Shown here: positions 35,848 through 45,445 of the stretch, in pieces
Layout of the letters: each line of letters opens with the position of its first letter
Position numbering within the stretch: the first letter of the stretch is position 1
Assembly: GCA_965249725.1 (NCBI GenBank)
Contig: CBDFMQ010000002.1
Location: 1,984,001-2,048,000, forward strand
Direction of reading: 5' to 3'
DNA from: Longimicrobiales bacterium
Lineage (GTDB): Bacteria; Gemmatimonadota; Gemmatimonadetes; Longimicrobiales; Gaopeijiaceae
DNA length: 64,000 bases
Program-made: the position numbers and the translations under genes
The notes under the pieces: model-generated
Seen by the model: the letters and a program-made list of their open reading frames with translations, nothing else
What the model was told of the DNA's origin: nothing
Databases searched by the model: none

Positions 35848-37737
35848 CTACGCCGAGAAGGGCAGACGCTTTCTCACCTTGGCCCAAGTGGAGGCCAGGT
35901 GCACCGACCAGGGCGTCGTTACACCCCTGACTCGCGCCCCCGCCAAAGCCTCCAACAGCGCCGCCGGCTCGTTGGGGTGATCCGGGACCTCCACGAAGCC
36001 ACCGGCCACCTCGCCCACCGTGTGGGCATCGGAACCGGCTCCCCTCGCCTTCCCCCACCGGACCGCCAACTCCTCCGCCGGCTCGTTCAGCCTACCCGGA
36101 TGAAGCCGCGCGTTGAAAACCTCGACCACATCGACCAACGGAGCAAGTTCCTCGGCGTAGCGACCGGATCCGCCCTTACCGCTGGCGTAAGCGTGCGGAA
36201 GATAGACGATGCCTCCCTGCTCACGAACAATGCGGCAGACCTCCTGGGCCAAAGTCCCTTTGGGGATCTCCTCTTCGAGGTACAGGCCGATCATGTCGAT
36301 TCCTTCGGCCGTCTTGACCTCCTCACCGGGGATGACCGCATCCGGGAACGCCTCTGCCATCTCCAACGCCAGGCCCAAGCGGTTGTGATCCGTGATGGCG
36401 ATACGCTGCACCCCCCTCGCTCTCGCGGCCTCGATCACACGAATGGGATCGGAGAGGCAGTCGAAGGAGGCCCTGGTGTGGAGGTGCATATCGATCCGAA
36501 TGAGGCCGGGAGGTGGGCCGAGACCCGTCTGGGCCTCCATGCGGATCTGGTCCAACAGATCGGACGCCGAGGCCTCCAACTGCCCCAACGTGCCCTCGTT
36601 GCTAAGCACGTGATCCGCCCGGTCACGCTTGAGTCCGGGGTCCATCTGGCTGGTCATGATCCCGCGCGCCTGTTCTTCACCGAGTCCACGCTCAGACATG
36701 AGTCGGGCCAGGCGGACATCCTCCGGCGCGTCGACCAAGACCGTGAAGTCGACCTCGTCCTCGAGACCCGCCTCGAACAGTAAAGGCACCTCGGATACGG
36801 TGAGGGAAACACCCTCGCTGAACCGCTTCCTCATCCAGCGGTCCCGAAGTACCCAGATGCGGGGGTGGAGGATGGCCTCCAGTGTGGTCCGTGCCTGCTC
36901 GTCGGAAAACACGAGAGCGCCTAGGGCCGGGCGGTCGAGCGAACCGTCGTCCTTCAGGATTCCGGGACCAAAAGCCTCGACGACCGCAGCCAGACCCGGG
37001 CTTCCCGGCGCCACCGACTCCCGTGCCAGCATGTCGGCGCTGACTACCGGCACGCCTTCGTCCTCCCAGAACGCCGCAACCGCAGACTTCCCTGCGGCCA
37101 CGTTGCCCGTGAGTCCGACGGCAACCAGTCCAGGGGGGTTCGACGCCCCGAAGACCCGACCCTTCACCGCGATGAGTGCCACCGCGGCCAGAGCCGCCAA
37201 TAGGGCCGCCCATCCCATGCCCAGGTAGTCCACGCCGACCTGCCAACCGCGAGCCGCTCCATAGGCGAACCCCAGTCCCACGAGGCCCCACGCGGCGACA
37301 CCCAGCAGGTCGAAGACCAGGAAACGCCGATAGCTCAGTCGCGACGAACCTGCCGCCAAGGGCATGAGTGTCCGTGCGAACGGAATCAGACGGGCCAGCG
37401 TGATCGACAGCACGCCATGGCGCTCGAACAGGGCGGAGGTCCGGTCCTGGTGACGCCGTGCACTCCTGGCCAATCGGCCCTTGCTCCGCATGAACCGACG
37501 GCCCCCGTAGCGTCCGAGCATGAAGCCGCACGAGTCACCGAGGGCGGCGCCCACGAGTGCAGCGACAACAACGGCCGCGAAGCTGAAGTGACCTTCCAGT
37601 GCGAAGGCGGTGGCCACGATGATGGTGGGTTCCGCGGGCAGGATCAGGCCGATGACCAGGGCGGTCTCGAACATGGCCATGGCCCCGACCAGGAGGGGGC
37701 CGTAGACAGCCACATAGGTCGCGATCCACTCGATCAT
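35848..37737 (-). CDS. coaE: DedA - dephospho-CoA kinase (CoaE) - PHP phosphoesterase triple fusion
   Basis: DedA: GDSCGFMLGR, LARLIPFART. CoaE: GLTGNVAAGKS, LDRPALG, LEAILHPRI, VPLLFE. PHP: DMHLHT, ITDHN, GEE, PH, EVFNAR, GSDAH. One open frame of 629 aa. Confidence 0.85.
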   Translation of the reverse strand: MIEWIATYVAVYGPLLVGAMAMFETALVIGLILPAEPTIIVATAFALEGHFSFAAVVVAALVGAALGDSCGFMLGRYGGRRFMRSKGRLARSARRHQDRTSALFERHGVLSITLARLIPFARTLMPLAAGSSRLSYRRFLVFDLLGVAAWGLVGLGFAYGAARGWQVGVDYLGMGWAALLAALAAVALIAVKGRVFGASNPPGLVAVGLTGNVAAGKSAVAAFWEDEGVPVVSADMLARESVAPGSPGLAAVVEAFGPGILKDDGSLDRPALGALVFSDEQARTTLEAILHPRIWVLRDRWMRKRFSEGVSLTVSEVPLLFEAGLEDEVDFTVLVDAPEDVRLARLMSERGLGEEQARGIMTSQMDPGLKRDRADHVLSNEGTLGQLEASASDLLDQIRMEAQTGLGPPPGLIRIDMHLHTRASFDCLSDPIRVIEAARARGVQRIAITDHNRLGLALEMAEAFPDAVIPGEEVKTAEGIDMIGLYLEEEIPKGTLAQEVCRIVREQGGIVYLPHAYASGKGGSGRYAEELAPLVDVVEVFNARLHPGRLNEPAEELAVRWGKARGAGSDAHTVGEVAGGFVEVPDHPNEPAALLEALAGARVRGVTTPWSVHLASTWAKVRKRLPFSA

Positions 37738-37800
37738 GACGAGGGAGTTACTGAATTGATGTCCGGAGGGATGGGACGAACAGTTCGACCGTGCAAACCT

Positions 37801-38172
37801 CTAGAACGGGCGATGCTTCGAAATACGGAGGTCGTCGTCGTTTCCCTGCAGCCCGTCGGGCCCGAAGGACTGAATCGCGAAGGAGTCGGCCCAGGACTGG
37901 TAACTGTAGGAGCGTCCCCAGGGATCGGTGCCACCGCCACCGGAGAAGTTGGTCTCCAGCCACGTAGACCACTCGCGGCGGCCGACCAAACGGTAGGTCT
38001 CGCGCGCCTGCAGCCTCACGGCTCTGGAGAGATCCTCCATCTCCCGCTCGGCATTCCAAACGAGGACGGGTTGGAGGACCGGCATGGCCTCATCGATGAT
38101 CATCTGACGGCTGTCGGGGAAGTACAATGCCGCGACGAAGCCAAATATGATCATCAGAATGACTTTGCTCAC
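37801..38172 (-). CDS. Small protein with GspG-like C-terminal motif
   Basis: N-terminal TM segment; DPWGRSYSY..IQSFGPDGLQGNDDD resembles the T2SS GspG C-terminus. No prepilin cleavage motif. Confidence 0.6.
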   Translation of the reverse strand: MSKVILMIIFGFVAALYFPDSRQMIIDEAMPVLQPVLVWNAEREMEDLSRAVRLQARETYRLVGRREWSTWLETNFSGGGGTDPWGRSYSYQSWADSFAIQSFGPDGLQGNDDDLRISKHRPF

Positions 38173-38450
38173 GGCGCTGTCTTCACTTTCATGCGCTTTC
38201 TCATCTCAGACCCCCACCGAACGTACCTTTCCATTTCATCCACGGGAGGTACGGCCTCCGCATCCCCGTATGCGGTCTCCATCCGCCATCTCATGTAGCC
38301 TTTTGGCGGAATGGGGAGGAAGGGGGGCCTCAAGTACCATCGATTCGCCCGGAACGCCCAGGACATACCCAAGAGTCCCGGAACGAGCGAAGGTCTGATT
38401 ACCGCTGCCTTTGCCAGCCGTACGTAAATCGATGCCAACCGGATTCTCAC
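38169..38450 (-). CDS. Hypothetical protein
   Basis: 93-aa ORF (W..RPPFLP.P...Y..WR..TAYG) with GTGA coupling to the next gene. Confidence 0.6.
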   Translation of the reverse strand: MRIRLASIYVRLAKAAVIRPSLVPGLLGMSWAFRANRWYLRPPFLPIPPKGYMRWRMETAYGDAEAVPPVDEMERYVRWGSEMRKRMKVKTAP

Positions 38451-38645
38451 GCTAACGGAGCCGTTCGAAACGCATTCGTAAACATTTGATATCCGAATCT
38501 ACCCGCGCCTCCGGGCGAATTCAACGATAATCGTAGCAGATAAGTTCCTTTCACATGTCCGGAAAGGCGCGGGCCTGCTTGAATAGGTGGCCATTTCGCA
38601 GTCGTTCGACTAAGGTGCTTTCCCGTCCAAGACCCGGAGTTCAGA

Positions 38646-40730
38646 GTGGCCAACCGTCTGTCTCGAGAGAGCAGCCCCTACCTTCAGCAGCACGCGGAGA
38701 ACCCGGTGGACTGGTATCCGTGGGGGGACGAGGCCTTCGAGCGAGCCCGGGAGCGCGACGTCCCCATCCTCCTTTCCATCGGCTATTCGGCCTGTCATTG
38801 GTGCCATGTCATGGAGAAGGAGTCGTTCGAGGATCCCGCCACGGCCGAGGTGATGAACCAGGGATTCGTGAACATCAAGGTGGACCGGGAGGAGAGGCCC
38901 GACATCGACTCGGTCTACATGCGAGCCGTTCAGGCCATGTCGGGCCAGGGTGGGTGGCCCCTCACCGCGTTCCTCACCCCCCAGGGTGAGCCCTTCTACG
39001 GAGGCACCTACTTCCCGCCGGAGCCCCGTCATGGCCTCCCGTCCTTCCGTCAAATCCTCGGTGCGATCCAGAACGCCTATGTGGATCGGCGCGATGAGGT
39101 GACCAAGAACGCTGGCGAACTCCAGGCCATCCTTCTTCGCAGTACCGCGGAGGCCGGCGACGGACCGGTGACCAGCGACGGAGAGAAGCTCGAAGGCGAG
39201 CATCTCATCGACCACGCCTACCGTCACCTCGCCTCACGGTTCGATCCGACCCATGGGGGATTCGGCGACGCGCCGAAGTTCCCGCAGCCGGTGACCCTGG
39301 AACTCGCTCTGAGGGTCCACGCCCGGACCGGCGACCGTCACGCCTTGGCGATGGTCACACATACGCTCCGTAAGATGGCCCGAGGGGGCATGCACGATCA
39401 TCTGGGGGGTGGGTTCCATCGATACTCCGTCGACGCGCGTTGGCTGGTTCCCCACTTCGAGAAGATGCTGTACGACAACGCCCTGCTCGCCAGGGTCTAC
39501 CTGAACGCATCTCAACTCACCGGGGACGCGGACCTGCGTGACGTGGCGGAGCGGACTCTTGATCATCTCCTGAGGGACATGCGTGATCCCGACGGGGGCT
39601 TCTACTCCGCACTCGATGCCGATTCGGAGGGTGAGGAAGGCACCTTCTACGTGTGGACGCCGGCCCAGGTGCGCGCCGTATTGGGCGATGAGGTCGCCCC
39701 TCTCTTCGAGCGCTGCTACGACGTCAGCGAAGCCGGCAACTTCGAGGGGAAGAGCATACTGCACCTACCCCATGACCTGGAGGCCGTGGCTCGCAGCGAG
39801 GACCTGGATGTCGAGGTGCTCCGGAATCGGTTGCGCGAGGCGGGCGAACTGTTGCTCGAAGCCCGAGGGCTTCGGGAGCCGCCGTTCCGAGACGAGAAAG
39901 TCCTCGCGGGGTGGAACGGCATGGCGATCCGGGCCCTGGCCGAAGCCGGAGGAGCGCTGGGTCGCGAGAGCTACGTACAGGCAGCCCTGTCCGCCCTCGA
40001 ATTCGTACTCACGAAGATGCGCCACGACGACCGTCTGCTCCGCTCATACAAAGACGGTGCATCACGTATCGACGCCTTCCTCGAGGACTATGGGGCCGTC
40101 GGGAACGCGCTGATGACCGTCTACGAAGTCACGCTCGATCCGCACTGGCTGGACGAGATTCAGTGGATCACGGACCGTGTGATCGAACTCTTCTGGCAGG
40201 ACGAAAAAGGCGTCTTCTACGACGCGCCGAGGGATGGCGAGACGTTGATCATCCGGCCCCGCGACATCATGGACAACGCGACCCCCTCCGGGAACTCCCT
40301 CGCCGTGGAGCTTCTACTCAGGTCGGCCCACCTCTTCGGGGACGAGCGGTATAAAGACATCGCCGAGCGGGTTCTCGAGCGTGAGGCCGGGTCACTGGCA
40401 CGCTTTCCCGCCGGCTTCGGACGACTCCTCTCGGGATTGGACCGAACCGTCGCCACGCCGGTAGAGATCGCGATTGTAGGAGAGAGAACCGACCCGGGGA
40501 CCCGTGGACTGCTTGCAGCGGCGTTGGCACCCTACCTTCCCAACCGGACGATGGCCGGGACGGCGCCGGGCGAGGTCGTGGGCCATTCCCTGCCGCTCTT
40601 ACTGGACCGAACCGCGGTAGACGACAAGCCCACGGCCTATGTCTGCGAGAGCTACTCGTGTCGCGCGCCGGTGACCGCACCGGACGGATTGTCGGAGCAG
40701 CTCCTGTCTCGTACGGGCCTCGAAGCGTAG
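38646..40730 (+). CDS. Thioredoxin-domain protein YyaL/SSP411 (DUF255 + alpha/alpha barrel)
   Basis: [41 protein letters not shown] and [11 protein letters not shown]. Confidence 0.93.
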   Translation: MANRLSRESSPYLQQHAENPVDWYPWGDEAFERARERDVPILLSIGYSACHWCHVMEKESFEDPATAEVMNQGFVNIKVDREERPDIDSVYMRAVQAMSGQGGWPLTAFLTPQGEPFYGGTYFPPEPRHGLPSFRQILGAIQNAYVDRRDEVTKNAGELQAILLRSTAEAGDGPVTSDGEKLEGEHLIDHAYRHLASRFDPTHGGFGDAPKFPQPVTLELALRVHARTGDRHALAMVTHTLRKMARGGMHDHLGGGFHRYSVDARWLVPHFEKMLYDNALLARVYLNASQLTGDADLRDVAERTLDHLLRDMRDPDGGFYSALDADSEGEEGTFYVWTPAQVRAVLGDEVAPLFERCYDVSEAGNFEGKSILHLPHDLEAVARSEDLDVEVLRNRLREAGELLLEARGLREPPFRDEKVLAGWNGMAIRALAEAGGALGRESYVQAALSALEFVLTKMRHDDRLLRSYKDGASRIDAFLEDYGAVGNALMTVYEVTLDPHWLDEIQWITDRVIELFWQDEKGVFYDAPRDGETLIIRPRDIMDNATPSGNSLAVELLLRSAHLFGDERYKDIAERVLEREAGSLARFPAGFGRLLSGLDRTVATPVEIAIVGERTDPGTRGLLAAALAPYLPNRTMAGTAPGEVVGHSLPLLLDRTAVDDKPTAYVCESYSCRAPVTAPDGLSEQLLSRTGLEA

Positions 40731-40804
40731 CGTGATGCTCCTCTCTGATTGGACGTTTGGCTATGTTATCGGCTGTCCGACCGAACCCTGATTTCCGGGA
40801 ATAG

Positions 40805-42940
40805 ATGGCAACGAAAGAGCAGGACGTTATCACGACCACGGACGAGCCGGGTCTAGACCCCGACTGGTTGCTTGATGCCTACCGCACCATGGTCACCGCC
40901 CGCCGGCTGGATGACCGTGAGATCGCGCTCAAACGCCAGAACAAGATCTTCTTCCAGATCTCGGGTGCGGGGCATGAGGCCATTCAGGTCGCGATGGCCG
41001 CCCATCTCAAGAGCGGTCACGACTGGTTCTACCTCTACTACCGTGACCGAGCATTGGCCCTCGCCGTCGGTCAGACTCCCCTCGACCATCTTCTAGGAGC
41101 CGTAGGGGCTCACGACGATCCGAACAGCGCGGGGCGTCAGATGCCATCCCACTTCGGCGACATCAGGTACAATATCGCCAGCGCGTCGTCACCCACCGGC
41201 ACACAGTTCTTGCAGGCTGTCGGAGCTGCGGAGGCGGGCATGCGGGTCGGACGGATTCCGGAGCTCGAGGGCAAACTCGAGGGCTTTCAGGCCGACGAGG
41301 TCGTGCTCGTCTCGTCTGGAGATGGCGCCACCTCGGAGGGTGAGTTCTGGGAGGCCCTCAACAGCGCCTGCAATCTCAAGCTCCCGGTGGTGTTCCTGAT
41401 CGAGGACAACGGCTATGCGATCTCGGTCCCGGTCGAGGTCAACACGGCCGGTGGGAGCATCTCGAAGCTGGTCGAGGGTTTTCCGGATCTCCTGATCCGA
41501 GAGTGTGACGGGACCGACGTGGCAGACAGCTATCTCGCTGCTGGGGAGGCCGTTGCGCACTGTCGGGCCCGGAAGGGTCCCGCCCTGGTCCACGCTCATA
41601 CGATCAGGCCCTACTCTCACTCCATGTCGGACGACGAGCGGATGTATCGTCCCGCGGCCGAGCGAGAAGAGGAGGCGAAACGGGATCCGCTCTTGAGGGC
41701 TCGCACGCGCATCCTGAACGAGCGCATCGCATCGCCCGACGAGCTCGACGCTCTGGAGCAGGAGATCCAGGCGGCCGTCGCCGCTGCAGCCGATGAAGCC
41801 GAACTGCATCCTCAACCGGGCCCGGAAACCGTGCTGCAACACCTCTTCTCGGAAGAGGTCGACGTTACGGGACCCGAGTTCGACACCGAGGATTCACCCG
41901 ACTTCGGAGACGACCGTGATCTGACGATCGTCGATCTCCTGAACGCGTGTATGCGCGACGAGATGGAGCGGGATCCTCGAATCGTCGTGTTCGGCGAGGA
42001 TGTGGCCGACGCCTCTCGCGAAGACGTCCTGCCGGAGGTCAAGGGTAAGGGCGGCGTGTTCAAGGTGACCCACGGTCTGCAGACCCGCTTTGGGGGAGAG
42101 CGCGTCTTCAACTCTCCCCTCGCCGAGGCCAGCATCGTGGGCAGGGCCATCGGTATGGCCCAGCGCGGTCTCAAGCCGGTGATCGAAATCCAGTTCTTCG
42201 ACTACATCTGGCCGGCGTTCATGCAGATCCGGAATGAGCTCGCCACCATGCGATACCGGACGGCGGGCGCCTTCTCGGCTCCCCTCGTGATCCGGGTGCC
42301 CTACGGAGGATACCTGAAGGGCGGCGGACCCTACCACTCCCAGACCGGCGACACGCTCTTCACGCACACGCCGGGACTCCGGGTGGTGTTGCCATCGAAT
42401 GCGTTGGATGCCAACGGACTCTTGAGAACAGCCATCCGTTGCGACGACCCCGTCATCTTCCTGGAGCACAAACACCTGTACCGGCAGGTCCACAACAAGG
42501 GTCGGTATCCAGGTAACGACTACATGATTCCGTTCGGCAAGGCGAAGGTCGTGCGTCCGGGATCGGACCTGACCATCGTCACGTGCGGAGCCCTGGTCAA
42601 ACGGTCAATGGACGCAGCGAGGACCGCGGCTGACCAACACGGCATCGAGTGCGAGGTCATCGATCTGCGGACGCTGTCGCCCTTCGATATGGAGTCCATC
42701 GCGGCTTCCGTTAAGAAGACGAACAAGGTGCTCGTGACACACGAGGACTCGCTCTCCTGGGGTATCGGCTCCGAGGTCGCCGCCCGGATATCGGACGAGC
42801 TCTTCCCGTGGCTCGACGGTCCTGTCCGGCGTGTCGCATCGCTGGATACGTGGGTCGCCTATGCACCGCAGCTGGAGCAGGTGATCCTCCCGCAGCCCCA
42901 GGACGTTCTCGACGCCATCGTGGACCTGGCCGAGTTCTAG
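40805..42940 (+). CDS. 2-oxoacid (branched-chain-type) dehydrogenase E1, fused alpha/beta
   Basis: [11 protein letters not shown] motif [33 protein letters not shown] and YHSQ. Confidence 0.92.
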   Translation: MATKEQDVITTTDEPGLDPDWLLDAYRTMVTARRLDDREIALKRQNKIFFQISGAGHEAIQVAMAAHLKSGHDWFYLYYRDRALALAVGQTPLDHLLGAVGAHDDPNSAGRQMPSHFGDIRYNIASASSPTGTQFLQAVGAAEAGMRVGRIPELEGKLEGFQADEVVLVSSGDGATSEGEFWEALNSACNLKLPVVFLIEDNGYAISVPVEVNTAGGSISKLVEGFPDLLIRECDGTDVADSYLAAGEAVAHCRARKGPALVHAHTIRPYSHSMSDDERMYRPAAEREEEAKRDPLLRARTRILNERIASPDELDALEQEIQAAVAAAADEAELHPQPGPETVLQHLFSEEVDVTGPEFDTEDSPDFGDDRDLTIVDLLNACMRDEMERDPRIVVFGEDVADASREDVLPEVKGKGGVFKVTHGLQTRFGGERVFNSPLAEASIVGRAIGMAQRGLKPVIEIQFFDYIWPAFMQIRNELATMRYRTAGAFSAPLVIRVPYGGYLKGGGPYHSQTGDTLFTHTPGLRVVLPSNALDANGLLRTAIRCDDPVIFLEHKHLYRQVHNKGRYPGNDYMIPFGKAKVVRPGSDLTIVTCGALVKRSMDAARTAADQHGIECEVIDLRTLSPFDMESIAASVKKTNKVLVTHEDSLSWGIGSEVAARISDELFPWLDGPVRRVASLDTWVAYAPQLEQVILPQPQDVLDAIVDLAEF

Positions 42941-42956
42941 CAGCCGCCGAGAATCT

Positions 42957-44234
42957 CTAGGACTCGGTTGTAGCGGACCCCTTCGTTGCCTCAGGCAAGA
43001 TGAGGCGGACGGCCCGGCGGTAGAACACGTAGTTCCAGGCCCAGTTGACCAACACCAGGGCCCTGTTCCGGAATCCGATGAGCCAGGCCAGATGGATGGT
43101 CAGCCACAGGACCCAGGCAGAGAGCCCGGTGAAGGACCTCCCCCAGACATCGGCCACTGCCGCATTCCGCCCCACCACCGCCAGCACCCCCAAGTCCTTG
43201 TAGACGAACGTCACCGGCGCCTTCCCTTCGAGGATCCGCGCGACGCTGTCCGCCGCGGTGCGGCCTTGCTGTAAAGCGACCTGAGCCACCTGTGGCAGAG
43301 GGGTTCCGTCGGCCTCGCGATAGGCCAGGTCACCGACCACGAACACCTCCGGGTAACCCGGCACCTGGAGCGTCGGGTCGACGGGTACCCGTCCAGAGGG
43401 CCCGGACGGGAGCCCCCACCGTACCGCCATCGGGTCGCCCTGCACTCCGGCTGCCCACACCACCGTGTGCGTCGGGAGTTCGCCGTGGCCGCTGGTCACG
43501 GCCGCATCCGGCCGAACCGCCAACACCCGTGACCCGGTGCGCACCGTCACGCCACGCTTCTCCAAGCGCGTACACGCATAGTCCTGCAAGCGCCTCGACA
43601 TGCCCGGCAGGAGCCGCTCCCCTCCCTCGAGGAGTGTCACATCGACGTCGTCGGGCGAAATCCCCCGGTAATCCTTCAGCAGCGGCCCGTAGATCAGCTC
43701 CGCCAGCGCGCCGGCATACTCCACCCCTGTGTGGCCGCCCCCCACGATAGCGAACCGGAGCAGAGCTCGACGCTCCTCACGATTCGAGCTCTGAGCCGCC
43801 CGCTCGAAACAGGCGAGCACGTGGTAGCGGAGCGGAATGGCGTCGTCCATCGTCCGGAGTGGAAACGAGTAGCTCGCTGCACCCTCGACACCAAAGAAAT
43901 TCGGTACGCTACCCGGAGCGAGCACCAGATAGTCGTATCCGAGGGAGCCACCCTCGGTGCCGATCTGCCTCTCGGCGAGATCGAGCGCCACGAGCTCGAT
44001 CTTCCGGAAATCGACCAGTGGCTCACGCCGGAAGAGACTACGGATAGGGTACGCGATCTCTCCAGGGCTGAGTTCGGCGGCGGCCACCTGATAGAGCAAG
44101 GGGAAGAACGTGTGGTAGTTGTTCCGGTCGAGCACGGTCACCGCTAGCCGATGCCGTACGAAGCGACGGGCGGCCCATAGACCGCCGAACCCCGCGCCCA
44201 CGACCACGATGCGAGGGGTTGATGGGCTATTCAC
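42957..44234 (-). CDS. ndh: Type II NADH dehydrogenase (NDH-2)
   Basis: GAGFGG, PLLYQVA, GGGHTGVEYAG, WAAGV, PQVAQVALQQG and YKDLG. Confidence 0.9.
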   Translation of the reverse strand: MNSPSTPRIVVVGAGFGGLWAARRFVRHRLAVTVLDRNNYHTFFPLLYQVAAAELSPGEIAYPIRSLFRREPLVDFRKIELVALDLAERQIGTEGGSLGYDYLVLAPGSVPNFFGVEGAASYSFPLRTMDDAIPLRYHVLACFERAAQSSNREERRALLRFAIVGGGHTGVEYAGALAELIYGPLLKDYRGISPDDVDVTLLEGGERLLPGMSRRLQDYACTRLEKRGVTVRTGSRVLAVRPDAAVTSGHGELPTHTVVWAAGVQGDPMAVRWGLPSGPSGRVPVDPTLQVPGYPEVFVVGDLAYREADGTPLPQVAQVALQQGRTAADSVARILEGKAPVTFVYKDLGVLAVVGRNAAVADVWGRSFTGLSAWVLWLTIHLAWLIGFRNRALVLVNWAWNYVFYRRAVRLILPEATKGSATTES

Positions 44235-44257
44235 GAGGGTCGCCTGCTCGGACTCCG

Positions 44258-45445
44258 TCAGTACTTGGGAAGGCTCGGATCGACGTAATCCGCCCAGGCG
44301 AGAACACCACCCGAGAGGTTGTCCACTCGACGGAAGCCCGCATCCACCAACGCACCGGCCGCCATGCGGCTGCGCGCCCCGGACCGGCAGTACACCACGA
44401 TATCGCGCTCGCCGGGCACCTCACCCATGCGTTGCGGTAGCTGGCCGAGCGGGACACGCACCTCTTCGAACTCGTTCAGGCTCACGATGTCCCACTCGTA
44501 GGGCTCCCGTACATCGAGCAGCAGCGGCGGATCGGAGCCGACGAGCCGCTCCTTGAGCTGTACGGCGTCGATCTCGCCGAAAGTGGCGGGCAGCTCCTGT
44601 CCCTCGTCCCGGGGCATATCATCCTCCGCGCGTATACCACAAAAGTCCTCGTAGTCGATCAGGCCCGTCTGGGTCGGTTCGTCGCCGCATACCGGGCAAT
44701 CGGGGTTTCGGCGCAACTCGACTTCCCTCCAAGTCAGGTCCATCGCGTCGAAGATGAGGAGCCGCCCGCTCAGTGAGGTACCGGTGCCGAGAATGAGCTT
44801 GATGACCTCCAACGCCTGCAACGAGCCTATGATGCCTGGAAGCACCCCCACCACTCCGGCCTCCGCACAGTTGGGCACCAGGCCCGGCGGGGGCGGCTCC
44901 CGGAAGAGGCAGCGGTAGCACGGCCCATCACCATGCCCGAAAACGGATACCTGCCCCTCCCATCGGAAGATCGAGCCGTAGACGTTCGGTTTGCCGAGAA
45001 GCACACAGGCGTCGTTCACCAGGTAGCGCGTCGGAAAGTTGTCTGTCCCGTCCACCACAACGTCGTAGGGCTCCAAGATCTCGAGCGCGTTGTCGGAGCT
45101 CAAGCGGACCGCGTGAGTGATGACGTCCACATGCGGGTTGATATCGGCCAGTCGGTCCTGGGCCGATGCGAGCTTCTTTCGGCCGATGTCCTTGGTGCCG
45201 TGCAAGATCTGTCGCTGGAGGTTGGACGCGTCGACCTCGTCGAAATCCACGAGCCCGAGCGTGCCGATTCCGGCTGCGGCGAGGTAGAGCGTGAGGGGCG
45301 AGCCGAGCCCGCCCGCTCCCACGACCAGAACGCGAGCGCCCTTGAGGCGCTGCTGTCCCGCGAGTCCCACCTCCGGGAGGGACAAATGACGGGCATATCG
45401 CGTCAACTCAGCCGGCTCGAGCTCGGGACTCCGCGGATCCGCCAC
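44258..45445 (-). CDS. moeB: Molybdopterin-synthase adenylyltransferase MoeB with C-terminal rhodanese (MoeZ/MoeBR)
   Basis: RYARH, GAGGLGSP, SNLQRQ, CYRCL, NCAEAGV, CPVCG and rhodanese YCRSGARS. Confidence 0.93.
   Translation of the reverse strand: MADPRSPELEPAELTRYARHLSLPEVGLAGQQRLKGARVLVVGAGGLGSPLTLYLAAAGIGTLGLVDFDEVDASNLQRQILHGTKDIGRKKLASAQDRLADINPHVDVITHAVRLSSDNALEILEPYDVVVDGTDNFPTRYLVNDACVLLGKPNVYGSIFRWEGQVSVFGHGDGPCYRCLFREPPPPGLVPNCAEAGVVGVLPGIIGSLQALEVIKLILGTGTSLSGRLLIFDAMDLTWREVELRRNPDCPVCGDEPTQTGLIDYEDFCGIRAEDDMPRDEGQELPATFGEIDAVQLKERLVGSDPPLLLDVREPYEWDIVSLNEFEEVRVPLGQLPQRMGEVPGERDIVVYCRSGARSRMAAGALVDAGFRRVDNLSGGVLAWADYVDPSLPKY

Noticed and set aside
40805..42940. Fused E1 alpha/beta as a novelty
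   Set aside because: This fusion is already known in several bacterial phyla.
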